From: an uncultured Chloroflexia bacterium
GTDB lineage: Bacteria; Chloroflexota; Limnocylindria; Limnocylindrales; CSP1-4
NCBI GenBank assembly: GCA_963772995.1
Contig: CAVYZQ010000013.1
Span: forward strand, 3,294-67,293
DNA: 64,000 nucleotides
Direction: 5' to 3'
Positions 1-9,370 of this stretch are shown piece after piece; positions within the stretch are counted from its first letter, which is position 1; every line of letters begins with the position of its first letter. A model generated the notes under the pieces. It was not told the origin of the DNA, searched no databases, and worked only from the letters and a program-made list of their open reading frames with translations. The position numbers were made by a program, and so were the translations under genes.

Positions 1-1188
1 AACAGCCCGACCTCGCGCGCGGCCACGAGTCTCGCTGAAGACGCACGCCGCGCCGTTCTGGCGTTCTTCAGCGCCTCGCCCGACGAGTACACGGTCGTCT
101 TCACGGCCAACGCGAGCGCCGCGCTGAGGCTCGTCGGTGAGTCGTACCCATTCACGGCCGGGTGCCAGTTCCTGCTCACGGCCGACAACCACAACTCGGT
201 CAATGGCATCCGGGAGTTCGCCCGCTCGCGGGATGCCGATGTCGTGTACGTACCCTTGCACGCGCCCGACCTGCGTCATGACCGAAGCGATGTGCTCGAG
301 GCCCTCGATCGTGCCCCGACAGGCGGGTGCAATCTCTTCGCATACCCGGCCCAGTCCAACTACTCCGGAGTCCGCCATCCCCTGGACTGGGTGAGCACGG
401 CGCAGGACCGAGGCTGGGACGTGCTCCTGGACGCATCAGCGTTCGCGCCGGCAAATAGCCTCGACCTATCGCGATGGCATCCGGATTTCGTCGCCATCTC
501 CTGGTACAAGCTGTTTGGGTATCCCACGGGGATCGGATCGCTCATCGTGCGCCGCGAGGCGCTCGCCCGCCTGCGACGCCCGTGGTTCGCGGGCGGGACC
601 ATCGGCGTTGCCTCGATCCTGGTGCAACGTCACACGCTCGCTGACGACGAGGTCGGTTTCGAGGACGGCACGATCGATTACCTCGGGCTTCCCGCCATCG
701 AGATCGGTCTGCGTCATCTGACGTCGGTGGGCATGCCGACGATCCACCGACGTGTCCAGTCCATCACGCGGTCGCTCCTGGAACGCATGTCGATGCTGCG
801 TCATCCCGATGGGGCACCGCTGGTCCGGCTGTACGGTCCGACCGACGACGTCGACCGCGGAGGCACGGTTGCCTTCAATGTGCTCGACTCCGCCGGCGGC
901 GTCGTGGATTTTTGGAAGGTGGAGGCATCGGCCGCCGAACGACGCATCTCCGTGCGAACCGGTTGCTTCTGTAATCCTGGTGCCAGCGAGACTGCGCGCG
1001 GGCTAACGGCCGTCGAGATGGAACATGTCTTCGCGCTCGGCAGAAGACCCAGCGTCGAGGATCTCCGCAGACTGCTGCCCGGCCGGGCGCTCGGCGCGGT
1101 GCGCGTGTCCGTCGGGATTGCCACGACGGCACGGGACATCAACCAATTCGTGGTCTTCCTCCAGGACCAGGCCGACGACGGACGCTGA
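1..1188 (+). CDS. Aminotransferase class V / MOSC-N (molybdenum cofactor sulfurase-like, selenocysteine-lyase fold) protein, 5' end outside window
   Basis: Frame 1 is open from base 1 (NSPTSRAATSLAEDARRAVLAFFSASPDEYTVVFTANASAALRLVGE...) and continues into the 244..1188 ORF. It shows PLP-lyase-like motifs (FAYPAQSNYSGVRHPLDW, DASAFAP, ISWYKLFGYPTGIGSLIV, RTGCFCNPGA). Confidence 0.7.
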   Translation, partial: NSPTSRAATSLAEDARRAVLAFFSASPDEYTVVFTANASAALRLVGESYPFTAGCQFLLTADNHNSVNGIREFARSRDADVVYVPLHAPDLRHDRSDVLEALDRAPTGGCNLFAYPAQSNYSGVRHPLDWVSTAQDRGWDVLLDASAFAPANSLDLSRWHPDFVAISWYKLFGYPTGIGSLIVRREALARLRRPWFAGGTIGVASILVQRHTLADDEVGFEDGTIDYLGLPAIEIGLRHLTSVGMPTIHRRVQSITRSLLERMSMLRHPDGAPLVRLYGPTDDVDRGGTVAFNVLDSAGGVVDFWKVEASAAERRISVRTGCFCNPGASETARGLTAVEMEHVFALGRRPSVEDLRRLLPGRALGAVRVSVGIATTARDINQFVVFLQDQADDGR

Positions 1189-1223
1189 CGCTCAGGACAA
1201 TTCCGTCGAACAGGCGCTTCGAT

Positions 1224-1961
1224 TCACGAGCCAACGTCCGCGACACGGAACGGCCTGGCGGGAAACTGTTCGTCGATAAGGCGCTCAGGCATGATGAGCT
1301 CGATCCCTTCCCGGCTGGTCCTGATGACACCTTCGGATCGGAGTTCGCGGAGGACGCGGAACACGACCTCGCGGACCGACCCGACCGCGTCAGCGAGTTC
1401 CTGCTGACTCACGCCGGCAACCAGCCGACCATCGTTCCTCTGTTCGGAGGCGAGATCGAGCAGGTGCCGGGCAACGCGCTGCCGGACTGTCGAGAAGGCA
1501 CTGCCCGGGATCTCCGCGACGAAATTGACGACTCGCTCACTGAGCTCGTTGATCATCGCCCGCGCGAAGCGAACGTCGCTGTCGGCGAGCCCGATCACGA
1601 CATCGGCCCTGAAATTGATGAGATTCGAGTCGACCATTGCCTGGACCGTCGCGGCCAGCGAGTAACCGGGCGTGAACAGGGAGACGACACCCGTGAGCTC
1701 GCCGCGGCGGAGGTAGCGCACGGTGAGGCCTCGTCCGTCGGGTGCCCGAACGAACACGCGAATCAGGCCGTCCACGAGAAGCTCCAGATACGGGCCGGGC
1801 GTGCCGAACTCGCGAACGGTCGCGCCCGCAGGCCTGTGGATCCGAGATGCGCCTTCCAGCGCCGAAACCAGGACGTCCGCGGGCAGGTCCCGGAGGTACG
1901 AACGCGACAGAGCGTCGACGACAGCCGGATCGTCCTGGATGACCCGTCCCCCGATCATCAT
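1224..1961 (-). CDS. Crp/Fnr family transcriptional regulator (cNMP-binding domain plus C-terminal HTH)
   Basis: The 245-aa ORF has a beta-roll cNMP-binding region followed by SQQELADAVGSVREVVFRVLRELRSEGVI, typical of the Crp/Fnr helix-turn-helix. Confidence 0.8.
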   Translation of the reverse strand: MMIGGRVIQDDPAVVDALSRSYLRDLPADVLVSALEGASRIHRPAGATVREFGTPGPYLELLVDGLIRVFVRAPDGRGLTVRYLRRGELTGVVSLFTPGYSLAATVQAMVDSNLINFRADVVIGLADSDVRFARAMINELSERVVNFVAEIPGSAFSTVRQRVARHLLDLASEQRNDGRLVAGVSQQELADAVGSVREVVFRVLRELRSEGVIRTSREGIELIMPERLIDEQFPARPFRVADVGS

Positions 1962-2100
1962 CCGGCAACGCTACCAGCATCGGCAAGTCGGGCCTGTTAC
2001 GCACAAGGTCGAAGACCGACCGTGCTCATTCCCGCCCGCAGCCGTGCGGGACGTCGCCCTGTGCGGACCCCAGGACTGAGGGTGCCGTACGCTTCCGGGC

Positions 2101-4096
2101 GTGACGGACTACTGGCCGATCTTCGGGCGGGACGCTCCGGACGTCGCGTGGCGTCCCGACCCCGGGCAGGCCCGCGACGCTCGGCTGGCTCGCTTCCTCC
2201 GGGCGACCGGCGAACCGTCTCTCGAAGCGCTCCAGGCACGCGCGGCCGCGGACCCCGGCTGGTTCTGGGGGGCGGCGGCCGACGACATCGGGGTCGCCTG
2301 GCGCCGGAGTCCGCACGAGGTCGTGGACCTGTCGCGCGGGCCGGCCTGGGCGCGCTGGTGGATCGGCGGCGCCTTCGACTACACGCGGGCCGCTACCGAG
2401 CCCCGGGCGGCGCGCGATCCCGAGGGTGGGGCGCTCGCCTGGGAGGGTGAGGACGGGACGATCCGGACGATGACGAACCGAGAGCTCGCCGCCGCAGTCG
2501 ACCTCGCCGCACGGCGCCTGCGCGTGCACGGCGTCCGCGCAGGCGACCGGGTCGGGATCCTGCTCCCGATGCTCATCGAGACCGTGGTGTCCGTCCTCGC
2601 GGTCGGGCGGCTCGGGGCGATCTACACGCCGATCTTCTCGGGATACGGGGCGCCGGCGATCGCCGCCCGGCTCGCCGACTGCGAGGCGACGATCCTCATC
2701 ACCGCCGACGGATTCCTCGCGCCGCGGCGGCTGGGTCCGATTGAAGGCCGTGGCCGACGAAGCCGTCGCGGCGGCGCCATCGGTTCGCCGGGTGCTGGTC
2801 GTCCGGCGGGCCGGCTCGGCCCTCGATGTGCCATGGACGGAGGGCCGCGATGCCTGGTGGGACGAGCCCATCGAGGGCGCCAACGTCGAGCACGGCGCCA
2901 TCGAGGCCGACGACGTCGATCCCGAGACCCCGTACATGATCATCTACACGTCCGGGACGACCGGCCGGCCGAAGGGTGCCGTCCACGTCCACGGCGGGTT
3001 CCCGATCAAGGGTGCCCAGGACCTCGCCCACCAGTTCGATCTCGGGCGCGGCGACTCGCTCTTCTGGTTCACCGACCTCGGCTGGATGATGGGGCCGTGG
3101 GCGATCTCCGGGTCGCTGCTCCTCGGCGCGCGGCTCGTCCTCTACGAGGGCGCGCCGGACTACCCGGGGCCCGACCGCATCTGGTCGATCGTGGCGCGCC
3201 ACCGGGTGACCCACCTGGGACTGTCGCCGACCGTCATCCGGGCGTTGATGGCGCACGGCGAGGAGCCGGTCCTTGCCCACGACCGCTCGTCGCTCCGGGT
3301 CCTCGGCTCGACCGGCGAGCCGTGGAACCCCGATCCTTGGTGGTGGTACTTCCGCGTCGTCGGCGAGGGCCGATGCCCGATCGTGAACTACTCGGGCGGG
3401 ACGGAGGTGTCCGGCGGGATCGTGTCGGGCAACGTCATCGGGCCGATCAAGCCCGCATCGTTCTCGGGGCCGTGCGTGGGGACGGCCGCTGACGTGGTCG
3501 ACGAGGCGGGCCGGCCGGTCCGAGGCGCGGTCGGAGAACTCGTCATCCGGGCGCCCATGCCCGGCATGACCCGGGGCTTCTGGGGCGACACCGACGGCCG
3601 CTACGAGGCGACGTACTGGTCGCGCTTCCCGGGCACCTGGGTCCACGGCGACTGGGCGTCGGTCGATGAGGACGGGTTCTGGTACATCCACGGGCGGTCC
3701 GACGACACGCTGAAGATCGCGGGCAAGCGTGTCGGACCCGCCGAGGTGGAGAGCGCCGCCGTGTCGCATCCGGCCGTGCTCGAGGCGGCGGCCATCGGGG
3801 TGCCCCACGAGATCAAGGGCGAGGTCGTCGTGCTGCTGTGCGTCCTGCATCGGGGAGTCGAGGACGACCCCGCCCTTCGTGCCGCCATCGGCGCCACCGT
3901 GGCCGCGCAGCTCGGCAAGCCGCTCAAGCCCGAGGTCGTGGCAGTCACCCCGGTCCTCCCCAAGACCCGCTCGGGCAAGGTCATGCGGCGCGCGATCCGG
4001 GCAGCGTGGCTCGGCCTCGACCCGGGAGACCTGTCGAGCCTTGACGACCCCGCGACGCTCGACACCATCAGGGCGACCGCGGTCAACCGCCCTTGA
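2101..4096 (+). pseudogene. AMP-forming acyl-CoA synthetase (acetyl/propionyl-CoA synthetase-like), reading frame broken by a 1-bp indel near 2716-2722
   Basis: The N-terminal 205 aa are in frame 1 (acetyl-CoA synthetase N-domain: WRRSPHEVVDLSRGPAWARWWIGGAFDY, ITADGFL). The remainder is in frame 2, with the AMP-binding motif YTSGTTGRPKG and a C-terminal PKTRSGKVMRR. Read in frame 2, the junction gives the expected ADGF.RRGGWVRLKAVADEA. Confidence 0.8.
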
Positions 4097-4282
4097 TATC
4101 TGGCGTCTGTGCGGTAGTCCTCGGCCAGCCAACGTGCGAGCACTATTACGGGCTGCCCATTGGTGGGTACGAGGCCATCCGCCAGTTTGCGTCCTTGTGG
4201 GGTCAACCAGCCGCGCTCGGATGCGCCAATCTCCGCTGCATGAACGCATGAGCTCACGCGGACGGGTGGATCGCCGATCGTG

Positions 4283-5005
4283 TCACCGGGAACCGGTGAC
4301 CAATCGCTCACGGTCGAACATCGGTGACACCACCCGCCACCCGACGACGTCGGCGATGACGAGCGCGATCGCGAGTCCGACCCCGAGCCGGAGGCTCGGC
4401 TCGATCACGTTGAACGCGATGAGGGACGTCACCAGCACCGCCGGGATGCTTCCGAGAAGCGTGAGCTGCTGAGCGACGCGGACATCGGTCGAGCGCGTCG
4501 AGATCGCGATCCCGACCCATGCGAAGAGGCAGGCGAGCAACGGCGTGAACAGGAACTGCGCGGCGATGTCCGACGGCCTCAGGATCGCCGATGCGATCGC
4601 GGGCTCGGCGAAGAGGAGGGTCCAGGCGAGGAAGGCACCGAACACGACGTATGCGACGACGATCGACGGAGCGAGCACCGCGAGCATCTTGCCGACGATG
4701 AACTCCTCGCGGCGGATCGGCGTCGTCAGAACCGGCTCGAGGCTGCCCTGCGCCCGCTCGCCGGCGACCGCGTAGGCGGCCAGCATCGCGGGCGTGAACA
4801 CGGGTATGGCGAGCATGTACAGGAGGATGTGCGTGTCGACGAGTCCGGCCGACGCCGACGCCGAGAGCCGGTTGACGAGGATCACCGGCTGGATGAGGAA
4901 GATGAGCGGGAAGATCGCCATCGTCACCACGACCGACCGGTTGCGCCGATACTCGCGGAACTCCTTCTGGACGATCGAGCGGATCCGCCGCCAGCTCAGG
5001 CTCAT
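4283..5005 (-). CDS. ABC-2 family transporter permease
   Basis: The 240-aa protein has about 6 predicted TM helices (IFPLIFLIQPVILV..., LLYMLAIPVFTPAMLAAYAV...). Its start overlaps the ATPase stop by 4 bp. Confidence 0.75.
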   Translation of the reverse strand: MSLSWRRIRSIVQKEFREYRRNRSVVVTMAIFPLIFLIQPVILVNRLSASASAGLVDTHILLYMLAIPVFTPAMLAAYAVAGERAQGSLEPVLTTPIRREEFIVGKMLAVLAPSIVVAYVVFGAFLAWTLLFAEPAIASAILRPSDIAAQFLFTPLLACLFAWVGIAISTRSTDVRVAQQLTLLGSIPAVLVTSLIAFNVIEPSLRLGVGLAIALVIADVVGWRVVSPMFDRERLVTGSR

Positions 5006-5988
5006 CGCCCGCCCGCCTCGACGTCCTCATCGATGAGTTGCAGGTAGACGTCCTCGAGCGAATGCTGCGACTCGGCGATCGACAGCACGTCGGCTCCGGC
5101 CGCCACGAGAGCCCGGGTGGTCGCCGGTGCAGCGGCGTCGGGGTCCGACACGGCGATGACGTAGGTGGCTGCCCCTTCCTGGCGCCATTCATCTACCGCC
5201 GGCAGGCCCCCGAACACGCAGTCCGGCTCGGCGAGCGGCACCAGTGTCCGGACCGTGAGGGACTTCGTGAAGATTCGGTCGCGGAGCTCCTCTGGACGGC
5301 CGATCGTTCGCAGGGTCGTGTTGAGGATCGCGACGCGGTCGCACAGCCGCTCCGCCTCCTCGAGACGATGCGTCGTCAGGAAGATCGTGGTGCCCCGCTG
5401 GCGGAGCCCGTCGATCAGCTCATGGACGCCGCGGGCCGCCACGGGGTCGAGGCCGGAGGTCGGCTCGTCGAGGAACAGCACCTCCGGGTCGCTGAGCAGC
5501 GCTCTCGCGAGTGCGACTCGTTGACGAAGGCCCTTGGACAGGGCGCCGCAGGTATCGTGCGCCCGGTCGACGAGGTTGACGGCCTCCAGCGCGCCGCGGA
5601 CGCGCTTGGCTCGGTTCCCCACCTCGTAGAGGTCGGCGAAGCACTCGAGGTTCTCGAGGACGCTGAGTCGCAGATACAGCCCCGGCGACTCGGGCATGAC
5701 CGAGATCCGCCGACGGATCTCGACACCGTTCTCGGGCGTGAGTGGGATCCCGGCCACGACCGCCGAGCCTGACGTCGGTGCGATGAGCGTGCCGAGCGTC
5801 CGCACCATCGTCGTCTTGCCGGCGCCGTTGGGGCCCAGGAAGCCGAAGACCTCGCCACGCCCCACGCCAAAGGAAACGTCATCGAGGGCGATGCGGTCAC
5901 CGAAGGCCTTCGACAGGTGACTGACCGACAGCGCGGCCTCCCGGCCGTGTTCGGCTGACGACGGCGACCTGGCCTGGCCAGTCATCAC
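5002..5988 (-). CDS. ABC transporter ATP-binding protein
   Basis: It has Walker A (GPNGAGKTT), the signature LSKGLRQRVALARAL and Walker B (VLFLDEPTSGLD). It is cotranscribed with the ABC-2 permease. Confidence 0.85.
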   Translation of the reverse strand: MMTGQARSPSSAEHGREAALSVSHLSKAFGDRIALDDVSFGVGRGEVFGFLGPNGAGKTTMVRTLGTLIAPTSGSAVVAGIPLTPENGVEIRRRISVMPESPGLYLRLSVLENLECFADLYEVGNRAKRVRGALEAVNLVDRAHDTCGALSKGLRQRVALARALLSDPEVLFLDEPTSGLDPVAARGVHELIDGLRQRGTTIFLTTHRLEEAERLCDRVAILNTTLRTIGRPEELRDRIFTKSLTVRTLVPLAEPDCVFGGLPAVDEWRQEGAATYVIAVSDPDAAAPATTRALVAAGADVLSIAESQHSLEDVYLQLIDEDVEAGGR

Positions 5989-6075
5989 CCCGGCACTCTA
6001 TCCGCATCGACGTTTCGGCGCGGTGACGTGCCTGCCGGGCGGCGAGACGCTCTGGTCGCCCGGTATCCTTCGGTC

Positions 6076-6549
6076 GTGAACGTCACCGCGGCGCCCGAGC
6101 GCGACATCGTCACCTGGGACGACCTCGATCGGCTCGTCGCCGGCCTCGCAGAGCGCCTCGCCACCGAGCAGTTCGACGTCATGCTCGCGATCACCCGCGG
6201 CGGGCTCGTGCCGGCGGGGATGCTCGCCTACCGCCTCAGGATCCGGAACATCCTGATCGCCGCGGTCGAGTATTACGACGACCACGGCCAGCCCGGACCG
6301 CACCCGACCTTCCTTCAGTTCCCGGCTGACCCGCTGCTTCGCGGCCAGCGCATCCTCGTCGTCGACGAGGTGTGGGACAGCGGCACGACGATCCACGCCG
6401 TCACCGAGCGGATCCGCCAGGCCGGCGGCATCCCGACCACCGTCGTGCTCCATTACAAGCCGTCGCACTCGGTCGTCACGGGTACCCCGGATCTTCACGC
6501 CGTCACGACGGACGCGTGGGTCGTCTATCCGTTCAAGGCCGGCGGCTGA
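6076..6549 (+). CDS. gpt: Xanthine-guanine phosphoribosyltransferase
   Basis: It aligns by eye to E. coli Gpt (IVTWDDL..., ITRGGLVPAGMLAYRL, PRTase motif ILVVDEVWDSGTT). The start could be ATG 6028 or GTG 6076. Confidence 0.7.
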   Translation: MNVTAAPERDIVTWDDLDRLVAGLAERLATEQFDVMLAITRGGLVPAGMLAYRLRIRNILIAAVEYYDDHGQPGPHPTFLQFPADPLLRGQRILVVDEVWDSGTTIHAVTERIRQAGGIPTTVVLHYKPSHSVVTGTPDLHAVTTDAWVVYPFKAGG

Positions 6550-6561
6550 CGCGCCGGACCC

Positions 6562-7089
6562 GTGCGTCTCTTCCACTTCTCGGAAGACCCATCGATCGAA
6601 CGGTTCACGCCCCACGTGGCGCCGACGAGCGCGATCCGGGACGAGCCCTTCGTGTGGGCCATCGACGACTGGCACGCCCCGATGTACTTCACGCCGCGCG
6701 ACTGCCCGCGCGCCTGTTTCTGGCCAGGCGCCCGGACGTCGACGGACGACCGTGAGATCTGGCTCCACGGGCTCGAACCGCGCTTCGTCATGTGCGTCGA
6801 GGCTGGCTGGCTCGCAGCCCTCAGGCAGGCCACCGTGTATCGCTACGAGATGCCGGTCGAGGGGTTTGCGCCGGGTCCCGAGGGCGCCCATTGGGTCAGC
6901 CGCGGCACTGTCGAGCCACTCGGGATGGAGCCCGTAGGCGACCTGGTCGACGCCATCGTCGCCGCCGGCGTCGAGCTGCGCCTCGTCTCCCGACTCGGCC
7001 CGCTGTGGCGGCGCGTCACGACGTCCACGCTCGAATTCTCGGGGACCAGGCTTCGCAACGCGATCGGCTATCCCGCCGACTTCAAGTGA
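6562..7089 (+). CDS. Hypothetical protein
   Basis: It is a 175-aa ORF with coding-like composition, in an operon-like position after gpt. No recognisable motif was found. Confidence 0.45.
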   Translation: MRLFHFSEDPSIERFTPHVAPTSAIRDEPFVWAIDDWHAPMYFTPRDCPRACFWPGARTSTDDREIWLHGLEPRFVMCVEAGWLAALRQATVYRYEMPVEGFAPGPEGAHWVSRGTVEPLGMEPVGDLVDAIVAAGVELRLVSRLGPLWRRVTTSTLEFSGTRLRNAIGYPADFK

Positions 7090-7180
7090 GTCCGGGCGCG
7101 TGCCGGCCGCTGGACGAGCGGCTACCATAGCCGCCTGCCCCCATCCGGCTCCCCCAACGTCCCATGCTGAGGTGGCGACC

Positions 7181-8260
7181 ATGACGACCCGGACACAGCT
7201 GCTTGTCGGCACGAAGAAGGGCGCATTCATCCTCGATAGCGACGAGGCGCGTCGCGACTGGTCGGTCCGCGGACCGATGTGCGAGGGCTGGCCCATCCAC
7301 GACCTGATCGTCGAACCCGGCAGCGGGGCGATCCTGGCCGCCGGCGGAAACGCCTGGTACGGGCCGGCCGTGTTCAGGAGCGAGGATGGCGGCTCGACCT
7401 GGACCCATTCCTCGTCGGGCATGACGTATGGGGATGACGGGCCAGCGATCCCGACCGTCTGGAGCCTCGCGGTGGGGCCCGATGGGGCGATCTTCGCGGG
7501 CGTGGAGCCCGCGGGGCTGTTCCGGAGCGACGACAAGGGCGCCACCTGGCAGCACGTCGAGGGTCTCACGAACCATCCCACGCGCCCGACGTGGCAGCCG
7601 GGTGCCGGCGGACTCATCCTGCACACGATCGTCCCCCACCCCACCGACCCGGACCGGATGTGGGTCGGGATCTCGGCGGTCGGCGTATTCGAGACGCGCG
7701 ACCGGGGCGTGTCGTGGGAGCCGCGCAACGTCGGCGTCCGCGCCGAGTTCAACCCCGAGAACCGCTTCCCGGAGACAGGGCAGTGCGTCCACAAATTCGG
7801 GATGGCCGCGGACTCCAAGACGCTGTACCAGCGCAACCACAACGGCGTCTACCGGTCCGACGATGACGGCGCCAGCTGGCAGGAGATCACCAACAACCTG
7901 CCGACCGACTTCGGTTTCGCGATGACGACGCATCCACGTGACGCGGACTCGTTCTGGGTCATCCCGCTGACCCAGCCTGAGGACGGTCGGTTCATGATCG
8001 ATGGGCACACCGCCGTGTGGCGGACGCACGATCGGGGCACGTCCTGGGTCTGCGCCGACGCCGGATTGCCGGCCAAGGACGCCTACATGTCGGTCCTGCG
8101 CGAGGCGATGTCGCGTGACACGCTCGATCCGGCAGGGGTCGCGTTCGGCACCGAGACTGGCCAGCTCTGGCACAGCGCCGACGAAGGCGAGTCGTGGAAG
8201 CTGATCACGGACACGCTGCCGGAGATCTGGGCGGTCGAATCGGCGGTGGTCGAGGGCTGA
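7181..8260 (+). CDS. BNR/Asp-box repeat protein (sialidase/xyloglucanase-like beta-propeller)
   Basis: It has repeated S-x-D-x-G-x-T-W motifs (SEDGGSTW, SDDKGATW, RDRGVSW, SDDDGASW, HDRGTSW, ADEGESW). Confidence 0.7.
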   Translation: MTTRTQLLVGTKKGAFILDSDEARRDWSVRGPMCEGWPIHDLIVEPGSGAILAAGGNAWYGPAVFRSEDGGSTWTHSSSGMTYGDDGPAIPTVWSLAVGPDGAIFAGVEPAGLFRSDDKGATWQHVEGLTNHPTRPTWQPGAGGLILHTIVPHPTDPDRMWVGISAVGVFETRDRGVSWEPRNVGVRAEFNPENRFPETGQCVHKFGMAADSKTLYQRNHNGVYRSDDDGASWQEITNNLPTDFGFAMTTHPRDADSFWVIPLTQPEDGRFMIDGHTAVWRTHDRGTSWVCADAGLPAKDAYMSVLREAMSRDTLDPAGVAFGTETGQLWHSADEGESWKLITDTLPEIWAVESAVVEG

Positions 8261-8265
8261 GCCTC

Positions 8266-8541
8266 ATGGCGACGGTCCTTCTGCCACGCTCGCTCCTCGC
8301 GCTCTTTCCCGGCGTCGAGAAGCGGCACGAGGTCGCCGGCGACACCGTCGGCGACCTGCTGGTCGCGCTCGACGGGTCCGTGCCGGGCCTGCGCGACCGC
8401 CTCGTCGAGAGCGGCCCGCGTCTCCGGCGGCACATCAATGTGTTCGTCGACGGCGAGCCAGGCGACCTTGGGACCTCGGTCCGCGAGACGTCCGTGGTCC
8501 ACGTCCTGCCGGCCGTTTCGGGGGGGTCGGGTCCCTGGTAA
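8266..8541 (+). CDS. MoaD/ThiS-family ubiquitin-like sulfur-carrier protein
   Basis: It is a small beta-grasp protein (MATVLLPRSLLALFPG...INVFVDGEP...VHVLPAVSGG) with a GG motif near the C-terminus. Its start overlaps the upstream stop. Confidence 0.55.
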   Translation: MATVLLPRSLLALFPGVEKRHEVAGDTVGDLLVALDGSVPGLRDRLVESGPRLRRHINVFVDGEPGDLGTSVRETSVVHVLPAVSGGSGPW

Positions 8542-8597
8542 GCCGGGGGTGATCGCCGGATACGTGCGGGTGCAGGACCGCCGGTCATGATGCGCCG

Positions 8598-9287
8598 ATG
8601 TCGAAGCGTCGAGCCCATCGGACGAACCGGTCGGACAGCAAGGGAATCAGGCTCCGTGGCGGGTCACCGGAGCTCCGCTCCGATCCGCGTCTCCTGCGAG
8701 CGCTGCACCGGGTCGACGCGAACGGGTTCGCCTGGGAGGGAGTCGCAGACGACATCCTGCCGGTCTTCGAGCGCGCCCGGCCGTTCAGCTTCAAGGTGGA
8801 CCCACCCGCCTTGACGGCCCTCCCGCCCGGCGTGAGCGTGGGATTCGGCGTCGACGCGGGGCCTGCCTTCATCCGGGTGTCCACCGTCCAGCTCGCGAGC
8901 TGGCCCATCGACCTCCAGACCCTCGCGACGCGCGCCCTCGCCAACCTGCGCGAGCGCACACGGCGGATGGATGCGCGTGAGGTCCATCTCGGCCAGATCG
9001 AAGGGATCGAGGTCGACCTGTTCGAATCGGGCGACGGTTGGGCGTCGACGACGGTCCTCCTTCCGGACGCGATGGGCCGCCTGTTCGGGCCCGGCCCGAA
9101 CCTGTTCATCGCGCCGTGGCGCGATCTACTTGTCCGGCTTCCCGCCGATGTCGACCTCGGCTTCGCGACCTGGCTGACCGAGGAGCTCGAGACCGAGGAT
9201 CCGAACGCTCTGCGGCTCGAGGCGTTCGAGTGGCGAGACGGGGAGGTGCGCTGCCGGCCACTGCTGCGCGACGCTGTCGCCGTCTGA
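8598..9287 (+). CDS. Hypothetical protein
   Basis: It is a 229-aa ORF with no recognised family. Confidence 0.4.
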   Translation: MSKRRAHRTNRSDSKGIRLRGGSPELRSDPRLLRALHRVDANGFAWEGVADDILPVFERARPFSFKVDPPALTALPPGVSVGFGVDAGPAFIRVSTVQLASWPIDLQTLATRALANLRERTRRMDAREVHLGQIEGIEVDLFESGDGWASTTVLLPDAMGRLFGPGPNLFIAPWRDLLVRLPADVDLGFATWLTEELETEDPNALRLEAFEWRDGEVRCRPLLRDAVAV

Positions 9288-9370
9288 CATGCGACGGAGC
9301 GGGCCCGCATGTCGCGGACCCGCTCCGTGGTTCGGCCCTGGCGTGCCGGCGCGGCCGGCACCGAGCCGCG

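Noticed and set aside
2699-4249. 516-aa ORF on the - strand
   Set aside because: It is antisense to the acyl-CoA synthetase, which has unambiguous AMP-binding motifs. No recognisable domain is present.
5998-7842. 614-aa ORF on the - strand
   Set aside because: It overlaps gpt, a hypothetical gene and the BNR-repeat gene on the opposite strand. Its composition is Arg/Pro-rich and it has no motifs.
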